A stretch of 52,481 nucleotides of DNA, taken from a virus (lineage: Duplodnaviria > Caudoviricetes). Below are positions 1-7,724 of the stretch, piece after piece. The first letter of the stretch is position 1; every line of letters starts with the position of its first letter. The stretch is taken from IMG/VR virus record IMGVR_UViG_3300033067_000224, positions 1 to 52,481 of that record. One strand, written 5' to 3'. The notes beneath the pieces are model-generated. The model was not told the DNA's origin. It saw only the letters and a program-made list of their open reading frames with translations, and ran no database searches. Made by a program: the position numbers and the translations under genes.

Positions 1-1
1 C

Positions 2-316
2 GGAGCAGACCTGCACGGAGCAAACCTGCGCGAAGGTATGACCCTTGTTGGAGATCGCCCACTTTTGGCGTTTGGACCTATTGGTTCACGAGCTGATTAC
101 CTCCAGGCTTGGATCACTAGCAAGGGGCTAATGATCCGCGCAGGGTGCTTCTTCGGCACGCGCACAGAGTTTGAAGATAGGGTGGCTAAAACCCACAATA
201 GCAATAAACACGGTAAGGAGTACGAAGCAGCCCTAGTGCTCATAGATAAGCATGCGGAGCTGTGGGCACCCCCAACACAAACCTCCTCCGGTGAGCCCCG
301 AAAGGAGCCGACATGA
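2..316 (+). CDS. Pentapeptide-repeat protein, C-terminal part (5' truncated by window edge)
   Basis: Frame is open from base 2 and reads GADLHGANLREG (A-D/N-L-x-x pentapeptide units), then IRAGCFFGT..EF..V..TH...H.KEY, a C-terminal domain typical of phage pentapeptide-repeat proteins. Confidence 0.7.
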   Translation, partial: GADLHGANLREGMTLVGDRPLLAFGPIGSRADYLQAWITSKGLMIRAGCFFGTRTEFEDRVAKTHNSNKHGKEYEAALVLIDKHAELWAPPTQTSSGEPRKEPT

Positions 317-708
317 CCAACTACACCGAACTCGAAAGGCTTGCCTACATCAGCGGGCAACCCGGCCTCGCAGACCTGTACGACAAGGCTGCCGTGCTCG
401 AAGGAATCGACCTCGACGAGATCACGGAGAAAGCGTACAAGAAGGGTTACAGACAGGGTAAGAAGGATGCCTCAGACGACGAACTGCTGGAGGAAATCGC
501 CGGGCTGAAGGCCCAGGTGGAAACCTTGAACACCGCACTGTCAGCGATGTACACCTCCTACTCTAATTTCCTGAAGTGGCTGCAGACGGATCCGGCGAAG
601 CAGATCGCCACCCGCAGGGAAGCGATACGAAACATGGAACGACAAATTCTGAGCTGGAGGGCGCCACGATTATCCACAACCAAAGCACCTGTGGATAACC
701 CTGGCTAA
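313..708 (+). CDS. Hypothetical protein (coiled-coil)
   Basis: 131-aa ORF; AAGGAG RBS upstream; ATGA overlap with the previous stop. Confidence 0.75.
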   Translation: MTNYTELERLAYISGQPGLADLYDKAAVLEGIDLDEITEKAYKKGYRQGKKDASDDELLEEIAGLKAQVETLNTALSAMYTSYSNFLKWLQTDPAKQIATRREAIRNMERQILSWRAPRLSTTKAPVDNPG

Positions 709-768
709 TTTACAAATGAAGCGTTATGTTAAGTTCAAAAACTGCAGCAGAACAACAAGTTATCCACA
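670..768. promoter_or_regulatory. Cluster of three perfect DnaA boxes
   Basis: TTATCCACA 670-678, TGTGGATAA 690-698 (inverted) and TTATCCACA 760-768; a degenerate TATGGACAA at 774-782. Confidence 0.6.
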
Positions 769-798
769 TTTTCTATGGACAACATTTTTCCGAAATTA

Positions 799-816
799 TC
801 TAACATCTAAGTTAGA
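799..816 (+). promoter_or_regulatory. 18-bp repeated motif, copy 1 (TCTAACATCTAAGTTAGA)
   Basis: Intergenic; identical over 20 bp to the reverse complement of 38793-38812. Confidence 0.75.
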
Positions 817-845
817 ATTTGCTGCATCTAACAACGACATCTAAG

Positions 846-1556
846 ATGAACACACCGCAAGCTACCAGCTGGTCATTCAGCCGTCTCGCCGACTTCACCC
901 GCTGTAAGCTGGCGTTCAAGATCAAACACATTGACCGAGTGCCAGAGCCAGAGCGTCCGCTCCCCAAAGGCAAGACCGAACACGGCAACGATAGGGGGAC
1001 AAGAGTCCACGACAACATCGAGGGCTTCATCCGTGGCGAACACGACGATCTGTGCCCCGAGGCTGAGAAACACTACGGCGCATTCATCGACCTGCTGCGC
1101 ACGATGTACGCAGACAAGATGGTCGAGCTCGAAGGTGAATGGGCGTTCGACAAAGAGTGGGCACCAGCTGACTGGAAGGAAGGCTGGCTCCGTCTGAAGC
1201 TCGACGTCCTGATCCACCTCTCCACCACCCAGGCATATGTCATCGATTGGAAGACCGGCAGGCACTTCGGGAATGAAGTGACCCACGGCAACCAGCTGAA
1301 CCTCTACGCCATGTGCACCTTCTTGCGCTACCCGCAGCTCGAAGAAATCTGGGTGGCCGACTACTACATCGACCACGGGCATGAGACCGAGCGCCAATTC
1401 ACACGAGAGCAGGCGCTGAAGTACATGCGGACATTCGACAAACAAGGGAACGCGATCACGAACTGTGTGTCGTTCCCACCTAACGCCAACCGATTTAGTT
1501 GCCAGTGGTGTCCTTGGATGGACACAGGCCACTGCACCGTGGGCGTCAAGAAATAA
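846..1556 (+). CDS. PD-(D/E)XK Cas4-like exonuclease
   Basis: WSFSRL...C at the N-terminus, RGT.VH, LKLDV..IDWKTG, QL.LYA, and C-terminal C.WC.....C; ATG at 846 preferred over TTG at 819. Confidence 0.85.
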   Translation: MNTPQATSWSFSRLADFTRCKLAFKIKHIDRVPEPERPLPKGKTEHGNDRGTRVHDNIEGFIRGEHDDLCPEAEKHYGAFIDLLRTMYADKMVELEGEWAFDKEWAPADWKEGWLRLKLDVLIHLSTTQAYVIDWKTGRHFGNEVTHGNQLNLYAMCTFLRYPQLEEIWVADYYIDHGHETERQFTREQALKYMRTFDKQGNAITNCVSFPPNANRFSCQWCPWMDTGHCTVGVKK

Positions 1557-1812
1557 CTGAAGCCCCTCCGAGAGATAGGAGGACGTTGATCCGATCTGTT
1601 GGATGGTGCGTCTGAGAACAGAGCGGACCTTTACAGGGGTATCTCGAATGCATAACGCGCGCGCTGTAGAGGACATCCTTCAACCTTGCGTCGGGCAGGG
1701 AACGCATAACCCGACAAATTAGAGCAGCAGCACTCCAAACGTGCGGTGGCTGTGCTGGGCGTAACCGACGCGCCCACCTTTCCTATCAACCTAATTTCCT
1801 AGTAACCTAGCT

Positions 1813-1947
1813 ATGAACTACCAACGCATTTACACCCTGCTTGCCGTACGTGGACACTTCAACGCAAGTCAGACGACCCAGGAGATCGCTACCTCCGCTA
1901 ATAACACCCCATCAACGATTCGCCGGTGGTTGAAAGTGGCAGCATGA
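1813..1947 (+). CDS. Small helix-turn-helix protein (44 aa; absent from the ORF track)
   Basis: Hand translation MNYQRIYTLLAVRGHFNASQTTQEIATSANNTPSTIRRWLKVAA; HTH-like T.QEIA......STIRRWL; stop overlaps the next start as ATGA (1944-1947). Confidence 0.65.
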   Translation: MNYQRIYTLLAVRGHFNASQTTQEIATSANNTPSTIRRWLKVAA

Positions 1948-2195
1948 AGCTCACGACCGAAAAACCAACCCAGGAAACAAAATACCGCGTTGTTGTGCTG
2001 GACGTGGAGGGCTACGAAATCAGCGATCGACCAGCTACCAATCTCAAAGAAGCCAAGGCGGAAATGGCATACGTACTCAGCGATGAGTACGCCCAAGCTG
2101 CGGAGACTACTCACGAAATCATGGGCACCCATAAAGCCGAAGTGCGCAATGCTAAAGAGGAATGCCTTCTTGACGCCTATTTCATCCGAGGATAA
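1944..2195 (+). CDS. Hypothetical protein
   Basis: ATG at 1944 is coupled to the upstream stop; in frame with track ORF 1926..2195. Confidence 0.7.
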   Translation: MKLTTEKPTQETKYRVVVLDVEGYEISDRPATNLKEAKAEMAYVLSDEYAQAAETTHEIMGTHKAEVRNAKEECLLDAYFIRG

Positions 2196-2198
2196 AAC

Positions 2199-2618
2199 AT
2201 GGATACTAAAGAACACCAAGCCGAGCGGCACTTAGTGCAAAAACGCCGCCGAGCCAAAGTCGGCGAGGGGGGTCCGACGAGAAAACTTAAGGAGATCATT
2301 GAGGCTTCCGCCAAGGAACATTTTGATGCGAAGACAGTAGCCGATATTAATATCTTCTTGCCCCCACCTGTATGGAGGCGGTGTAGATGCGATGTGCATC
2401 TGATCGACGGCAATATGCGGGTGGACGGTCGCTTAGTCTCGTTCGGCTCCTGGGCCTGCGTTTCAGAACTAATCAAATACCACCGTGTCACATGGGGTAA
2501 CGATTGGCCCGTCCCCGATATGAGCCCCATTTATGAAACTAGGCGGACTCGCACCAGGGCGAACTTGGGTGTACTGCATAGGCCATCCGGAGGAGCCGAC
2601 ACTCCGATCGCTTCTTAG
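2199..2618 (+). CDS. Hypothetical protein
   Basis: 139-aa ORF with GAGGA RBS; fills the gap between co-oriented genes. Confidence 0.6.
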   Translation: MDTKEHQAERHLVQKRRRAKVGEGGPTRKLKEIIEASAKEHFDAKTVADINIFLPPPVWRRCRCDVHLIDGNMRVDGRLVSFGSWACVSELIKYHRVTWGNDWPVPDMSPIYETRRTRTRANLGVLHRPSGGADTPIAS

Positions 2619-2626
2619 GAGGGACT

Positions 2627-2959
2627 ATGCGGATCATCATCGAGACCCAAGACAAAAAGACGATCGCCAGGATCAACGAGATCCTGCCGCAGTTTATGGA
2701 GTTCATCGCCAACCAGGGGCGACCAGAACCCCACCGGGCTGTTATGCCCACCCCCCCCGGCCATGTGTTCGAACTCGACGAACGCTACCTGTCGACCAGG
2801 ACGATCAACGCCCTAAAGATGGAGGGCATCTACGACCTCCGCAAGCTCGTCAGGTACTCAGCGGCTGAGCTGCGGCGCAAGCCCCGGTTCGGATCGAAAG
2901 CGATCATGGAGATCAACGACCTACTGAACGGTAACGGGATGAAACTGCAAGATGATTAA
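2627..2959 (+). CDS. RNA polymerase alpha-subunit C-terminal-domain-like protein
   Basis: LSTRTINALKMEGIYDLRKLVRYSAAELRRKPRFGSKAIMEINDLL matches the RpoA CTD pattern (L.VR..NCL....I..I.DL....E.EL.K..N.G.KS..EI...L); AGGAGG RBS. Confidence 0.85.
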   Translation: MRIIIETQDKKTIARINEILPQFMEFIANQGRPEPHRAVMPTPPGHVFELDERYLSTRTINALKMEGIYDLRKLVRYSAAELRRKPRFGSKAIMEINDLLNGNGMKLQDD

Positions 2960-4325
2960 ACCCTACGCACACCAGCTTCAGTCTCTGAAACACAACGACA
3001 AGACACCCATCGTTTTTGACTGCAGTGACCCTGGAACTGGGAAGACTATGGTGCGCATCCTGGCGTTCGCAAAACGCCGTGCTGCAGGGAGTGGATGTCT
3101 GTTGGTACTCGCCCCACGATCCCTACTACGTACTGTGTGGGTGAACGACATCGCCAAATTCGCTCCACATCTCACAGTCAGTGTCGCAGATGCTTCAAAC
3201 CGAGATAAAGCATTCGCCGCAAACGTAGATGTGTACATTACAAACACCGATGCAACCAAGTGGCTATCAACCAAAAAAGCACCGTTCTTCGCCAGATTCA
3301 GTGAGCTCGTGGTCGATGAGTCGACTGCGTACAAACACCACACCAGCTTCAGGAGCAAAGCGCTCGCCAAGATCGCCAAGTATTTCGACTACCGCTGCTG
3401 CATGACGGGCACCCCCAACGGCAACAGTATCACCGACGTATGGCACCAGGTGTTCATCCTCGATGATGGCGAACGCCTCGGCAAGAGCTTCTACGCCTTC
3501 AGAGACAGCGTCTGCGCCCCCAAGCAGGTGGGGCCGAATGCGAACGCGATGAAGTGGACAGACAAGGAAGGCGCCGAGGAAGCTGTCTATGGCCTGCTGT
3601 CTGACATCGTAATCAGACACAAGTTCGAAGACTGCGTCGGCATACCTCCGAACCACACATACTCCCTGGAATATGACCTCAGCCCGAAGCAGCTCAAGGC
3701 TTACGCCGAGCTTGAATCGACTCAGCTCCTGACCCTACAGAAACAGGAGATCCTGGCCATCAACGCCGCTGCGGTGGCGACGAAGCTCCTGCAGGTGGCG
3801 AGTGGGTCAGTGTATGGCAGCACTGGCAAGCACGTGACCGTTGATACCACCCGCTACGAGCTCGTGCTCGATCTGGTAGAACAGCGACAGCACAGCTTCG
3901 TGCTGTTCCTCTGGAAACACCAGCGGAACGCTCTAGTAGCTGAGGCTCAGAAGCGTGGTGTCACCCATGCGGTGCTCGATGGCGACACCTCAGACGCTGA
4001 CCGTGAGCAGCTGGTCAATGCCTACCAGGCTGGCAAGTACCAGGTGCTCTTCGGCCACCCAAAGACCGTGGCGCATGGGGTCACGCTGACTAGGGGGACG
4101 GCCACGATCTGGGCATCACCCACCTACGACCTGGAGCTGTTTGCCCAGGGCAGTAAACGGCAGCACCGCATAGGGCAGACGCAAAAGACCGAAACTATCG
4201 TCATCGTGGCGAAAGGCACGATCGAGGAGAAGGTCTGGGAGATCCTGGAGGGCAAGAACAAGCGGATGCGCAATCTTCTTGACCTCTTCGGCACGTTGAA
4301 CAAGGAGGAAACATGCCAGCAGTGA
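2952..4325 (+). CDS. SNF2-family (SF2) helicase
   Basis: PYAHQ Q-motif, DPGTGKT Walker A, VVDES Walker B, MTGTP motif III, HGVTLT motif V, RQHRIGQ motif VI. Confidence 0.92.
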   Translation: MIKPYAHQLQSLKHNDKTPIVFDCSDPGTGKTMVRILAFAKRRAAGSGCLLVLAPRSLLRTVWVNDIAKFAPHLTVSVADASNRDKAFAANVDVYITNTDATKWLSTKKAPFFARFSELVVDESTAYKHHTSFRSKALAKIAKYFDYRCCMTGTPNGNSITDVWHQVFILDDGERLGKSFYAFRDSVCAPKQVGPNANAMKWTDKEGAEEAVYGLLSDIVIRHKFEDCVGIPPNHTYSLEYDLSPKQLKAYAELESTQLLTLQKQEILAINAAAVATKLLQVASGSVYGSTGKHVTVDTTRYELVLDLVEQRQHSFVLFLWKHQRNALVAEAQKRGVTHAVLDGDTSDADREQLVNAYQAGKYQVLFGHPKTVAHGVTLTRGTATIWASPTYDLELFAQGSKRQHRIGQTQKTETIVIVAKGTIEEKVWEILEGKNKRMRNLLDLFGTLNKEETCQQ

Positions 4326-4555
4326 AGGTAGCGCACGACGTGCAGCTCGCGTTCGATCAGATCAACCGTGAGCTGGCAAAACGGGAAGCGAGGTGGTTGG
4401 CCGAGTGGGAAGCCATCATCTGCCCCTACGAGAAGGTACGAATGTACTGCTCCGATGCGAAGCGTGCGGAACGCAAGAGGATGTACGACAAGTGGCACAA
4501 GGTAAAGGACAAGCTCGATACTGCTCGGGCGAAGAAACAGAAGGAGATGGTATGA
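4313..4555 (+). CDS. Hypothetical protein
   Basis: 80 aa; AAGGAGG RBS; overlaps both neighbours in operon fashion. Confidence 0.7.
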   Translation: MPAVKVAHDVQLAFDQINRELAKREARWLAEWEAIICPYEKVRMYCSDAKRAERKRMYDKWHKVKDKLDTARAKKQKEMV

Positions 4556-4755
4556 ATGCACTGGAGACATTGGCAGACTATCGTGAGGCTGAACAAGCTG
4601 CTTTTAGAAAGCAGAATAAAGCCTTGAGGAGAACCATGATTTTGAAGTTGTACGCCGCAGAAGAGTTTGCTGAATTTTTCGACGACAACCGCAACATGTT
4701 TTGTGAAATCGTTAATCTACTACTGGAACGCGAAAATGCCCCCACACACCCCTGA
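4552..4755 (+). CDS. Hypothetical protein
   Basis: MNALETLADY...; ATGA coupling at 4552-4555 and AAGGAG RBS (the track start at 4393 is too far upstream). Confidence 0.65.
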   Translation: MNALETLADYREAEQAAFRKQNKALRRTMILKLYAAEEFAEFFDDNRNMFCEIVNLLLERENAPTHP

Positions 4756-7678
4756 CTGGTCCCGCCTCGTCTCGATTGACTTCGAAACGTACTACGACCA
4801 GGACTACACCCTCAAGAAACTCTCCACATCTGAGTACATCCGTGACCCACGGTTCAAAGCTCAGATGATGGGGATCAAGATCGGAAATGGAAAAACGAGG
4901 ATCATCCCCCATGCGAAAATCGCGCAGGAGCTCAGCAAGATCAATTGGGCGACCCATAGCCTCCTCTGTCACAACACTGCTTTCGACGGCTTCATCCTTA
5001 GCCACCACTATGGGGTTGTGCCCGCCTACTACTACGACACCCTCAGCATGGCGCGGGGGCTCCACAGTAACGAGATTGGGGCGGGCCTCGATGAAGTCAG
5101 CGTCTTCTATGGCGGTCACGGGAAGCTGGAAGGGCTAGAGAACACCTGCGGCGTTTTAGATTGGAGCAAGGAGCTGTTCGCTGCTACTGCGGTCTACTGT
5201 GCGAACGACGTGGACGAGATGGTCCGTGTTTTTAAGCTCATGCTCCCGCAAATGCCAAGCGATGAAATGGACCTCATCAACCTCACCTGCCGCATGTTCT
5301 GCGACCCGGTGCTGAGGGTCGACATCCCACGGGTGGAGGCTGAACTCAAGCGCGAGCTCGATCGGCGCGAGGAGCTTCTAACATCTATCGTAGATCTTGA
5401 CTGCTATGACCCTAAAAAGCTGCTCAAGGGCAAAGAGCGTCAACTGGTCGGCAAAGAGCGCGACATGCTCATGGTCAAGCGGATCATCGGTTCCGCCGAG
5501 TGTTTCGCTGATCTACTCAGAGATGAAGACATCGAGCCTCCGGTAAAGATCAGCCCTGCGTGGATGAAGCTGCCCCGAGAAGAGCGCGAGAGCGAAGAGG
5601 GCTTGAAGCGCAAATACACATATGCGTTCGCCAAGGACGATCACAAGTTCACTGATCTGCCCAACAAGACGGAGGACTGGGGGTTCGACCTGAACAACCC
5701 AGACCACGTCGAAGCGATGGTAGAAAAACAAGAGCGCATCCAGGCGCTGGTTGACAGCCGGATCATCACGAAGTCCACGACGAATGTGACTCGAGCTGAG
5801 CGTTTCCTGAAAGCAGGAGCTGACGGGATGCCGCTGCCGGTGGGGTATGCGTACTACCGGGCACACACGGGGCGCTACGGTGGCACGAACAAGATGAACT
5901 TTCAGAACCTCCCGCGTGGTGGGGAGCTGCGGCTGTCGATCTTGGCACCGAAGGGGCACATGATCGCTGTCGTTGACTCCGGCCAGATCGAAGCACGGGT
6001 GAACGCCTGGCTGTGGGGGCAAAACGACCTGCTCGATGCATTCCGCGCCGCTGACAACGGCACTGGACGTGATGCCTATTGCAACTTCGCTGACCACATC
6101 TACGGACGTGAGATCACGAAGACCGACGCGGTCGAGAGACAAGTCGGCAAGGTTGCAGTGCTGGGCCTGGGCTACCAAATGGGTGCCGCGAAGTTCCAGA
6201 CGACTCTGGCCAAGAGCAAGATCTACTTCGAGCTCGACCGCTGCAAGGAGATCGTCACCACGTACCGCGAGGTGAACAACCGGATTGCAAACGGCTGGCG
6301 GTTCTGTGACCGGATCATCAACGATATGTTCGCTGGACGTACCGGGCACCATGGGCCAATCGCCTGGGAGAAGGAAACAATCTTTCTGCCAAACGGCATG
6401 AGGTTGAAATACCCAGACCTCAAGAAGACGATGGGCGACAACGACTATCCTGAGTGGACGTACCAGTCAAAGGACATCAGAAAGAAGATGTATGGAGGTT
6501 TGCTCTGTCTCGGCGCGAGCACGCAAGTGCTTACTGATCGCGGATGGCTGTCTATCATCGAAGTTAGACGGCGTGATAAACTATGGGATGGAATTAACTG
6601 GGTTGACCATTCAGGCTTAGTTTTTCAAGGGGTCAAAGAGACCATCGATTTTGGCGGCGTCGACATGACTCCCGAGCATGAAGTGCTGGTCGACGGTGAC
6701 TGGCATGCAGCACAGGACACAACATACAATGAAGCTACATCATCGTTCACGCGACATCACCGGACTCCGGATGGGTATGATGACCGCAACGAAACCATTG
6801 GGCAGCGACGGAAAAAAGACTCTCTGGTACATAGCTTGCGACTGCGGGCAAACAAGAATACTGCCCGCCTCCGAGTTCTTGAAGGGCAGCACAAAGAGTT
6901 GCGGGTGCTCGACTGGAAAGTTTCTATCCGCCGCACATACGACCCACGGGATGTCACGGCACCCAGCATTTCATGTCTGGCGGGGCATGTTGGATCGATG
7001 CAGGTTACCGACACATCAGTCGTGGGCGAGATACGGAGGACGCGGCATAACGGTGTGCGAACGCTGGAAAAAGTTCGCCGCGTTCTGGGAGGACATGGGC
7101 GAGACTTACCAGAAGGGTCTGGACCTGGATCGGATCGACAACATGCAGGGATACAGCCCAGAAAACTGCAGATGGACAGATCGAAAAACAAACACTCGCA
7201 ACACCAGGGTCGGGGTAGTAATAGATACGCCTCTCGGCGCGATGCGCTTGTGGGAAGCAGCCGAGGTATCAGGGATTGGAAATACAACTCTGCTGTATCG
7301 CAGGAACGCAGGTTGGCCGGCGCACCGGATGTTCGACAAACCGGACCCAACGAACAGGCTGTCTTCGACCTCGTAGATGCTGGGCCTCTAAAACGTTTCA
7401 CAGTGCGCGGGGCTGACGGCAAACCATTTCTCGTTCATAACTGCGAGAACGTAATCCAAGCCTTGGCCCGAATAGTCGTCATGTGGCAGATGCTGCAGGT
7501 CGACAAGAAGTACCGCGTCGTAATGACGACGCACGATGAGTTTGCGTGTGTCGTGAAAAAATCTCAGGCTGAAAAGTGCCTGGAGCTCATGACCCAATGG
7601 ATGAAGACACCACCCGACTGGTGCCCAGACTTACCACTTAACTCTGAAGGAAAGGTTGACGTAAATTACAGCAAGTGA
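4736..7678 (+). CDS. Family A DNA polymerase (3'-5' exonuclease + polymerase) containing an intein
   Basis: IDFETYY (ExoI), HNTAFD (ExoII), YCANDV (ExoIII), HTGRYGG, NFQNLPR, VDSGQIEARV (motif A), RQVGKVAVLGLGYQMG (motif B), THDE (motif C); ATG at 4736 preferred over TTG at 4667. Confidence 0.95.
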   Translation: MPPHTPDWSRLVSIDFETYYDQDYTLKKLSTSEYIRDPRFKAQMMGIKIGNGKTRIIPHAKIAQELSKINWATHSLLCHNTAFDGFILSHHYGVVPAYYYDTLSMARGLHSNEIGAGLDEVSVFYGGHGKLEGLENTCGVLDWSKELFAATAVYCANDVDEMVRVFKLMLPQMPSDEMDLINLTCRMFCDPVLRVDIPRVEAELKRELDRREELLTSIVDLDCYDPKKLLKGKERQLVGKERDMLMVKRIIGSAECFADLLRDEDIEPPVKISPAWMKLPREERESEEGLKRKYTYAFAKDDHKFTDLPNKTEDWGFDLNNPDHVEAMVEKQERIQALVDSRIITKSTTNVTRAERFLKAGADGMPLPVGYAYYRAHTGRYGGTNKMNFQNLPRGGELRLSILAPKGHMIAVVDSGQIEARVNAWLWGQNDLLDAFRAADNGTGRDAYCNFADHIYGREITKTDAVERQVGKVAVLGLGYQMGAAKFQTTLAKSKIYFELDRCKEIVTTYREVNNRIANGWRFCDRIINDMFAGRTGHHGPIAWEKETIFLPNGMRLKYPDLKKTMGDNDYPEWTYQSKDIRKKMYGGLLCLGASTQVLTDRGWLSIIEVRRRDKLWDGINWVDHSGLVFQGVKETIDFGGVDMTPEHEVLVDGDWHAAQDTTYNEATSSFTRHHRTPDGYDDRNETIGQRRKKDSLVHSLRLRANKNTARLRVLEGQHKELRVLDWKVSIRRTYDPRDVTAPSISCLAGHVGSMQVTDTSVVGEIRRTRHNGVRTLEKVRRVLGGHGRDLPEGSGPGSDRQHAGIQPRKLQMDRSKNKHSQHQGRGSNRYASRRDALVGSSRGIRDWKYNSAVSQERRLAGAPDVRQTGPNEQAVFDLVDAGPLKRFTVRGADGKPFLVHNCENVIQALARIVVMWQMLQVDKKYRVVMTTHDEFACVVKKSQAEKCLELMTQWMKTPPDWCPDLPLNSEGKVDVNYSK
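5377..5394 (+). promoter_or_regulatory. 18-bp motif copy (TCTAACATCTATCGTAGA), inside the polymerase gene
   Basis: Matches the consensus; uses CTA/ACA/GTA codons in a GC3-rich gene. Confidence 0.55.
6506..7441 (+). mobile_element. Intein (312 aa) in the DNA polymerase
   Basis: Block A CLGASTQVLTDRGW, block B MTPEHEVLV, block F VFDLVDAGPLKRFTV, block G FLVHN followed by a +1 Cys; removal restores YGGLL-CENVIQALAR, the conserved phage PolA YGG.L.EN..QA.AR motif. Confidence 0.95.
6729..7376 (+). CDS. HNH-type homing endonuclease nested in the intein, in the +1 frame
   Basis: CDCG...KSCGC, W..M..RC......YGGRGITVCERW..F..F..DMG, LDRIDN..GYSPENCRW...N.RN and a C-terminal HTH-like segment; ATG at 6729 with AGGA at 6714-6717. 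Confidence 0.9.
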   Translation: MKLHHRSRDITGLRMGMMTATKPLGSDGKKTLWYIACDCGQTRILPASEFLKGSTKSCGCSTGKFLSAAHTTHGMSRHPAFHVWRGMLDRCRLPTHQSWARYGGRGITVCERWKKFAAFWEDMGETYQKGLDLDRIDNMQGYSPENCRWTDRKTNTRNTRVGVVIDTPLGAMRLWEAAEVSGIGNTTLLYRRNAGWPAHRMFDKPDPTNRLSSTS

Positions 7679-7708
7679 TCTAGCATCTAACCAAGACAGT
7701 ATTACAAT
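7679..7708 (+). promoter_or_regulatory. 18-bp motif copy (TCTAGCATCTAACCAAGA) followed by a -10-like TACAAT
   Basis: Motif at 7679-7696 directly after the pol stop; TACAAT at 7703-7708, upstream of the RBS GAGGA. Confidence 0.6.
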
Positions 7709-7724
7709 CTCGAGGAACCACACC

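Noticed and set aside
821-850. Partial motif matches (CATCTAACAACGACATCTAAG); also at 4823 and 8961
   Set aside because: They lack the invariant TCT start and/or AGA end, so they were not counted among the 11 copies, although they may be weak half-sites
846-1556. Cas4-like nuclease as evidence of a CRISPR system
   Set aside because: No repeat-spacer array or other cas genes; solo Cas4-like nucleases are common in phage replication modules
6757-7422. 221-aa minus-strand ORF across the intein/HNH (apparent third coding frame)
   Set aside because: No recognisable motifs or RBS; most likely a shadow of the dual-coding constraint
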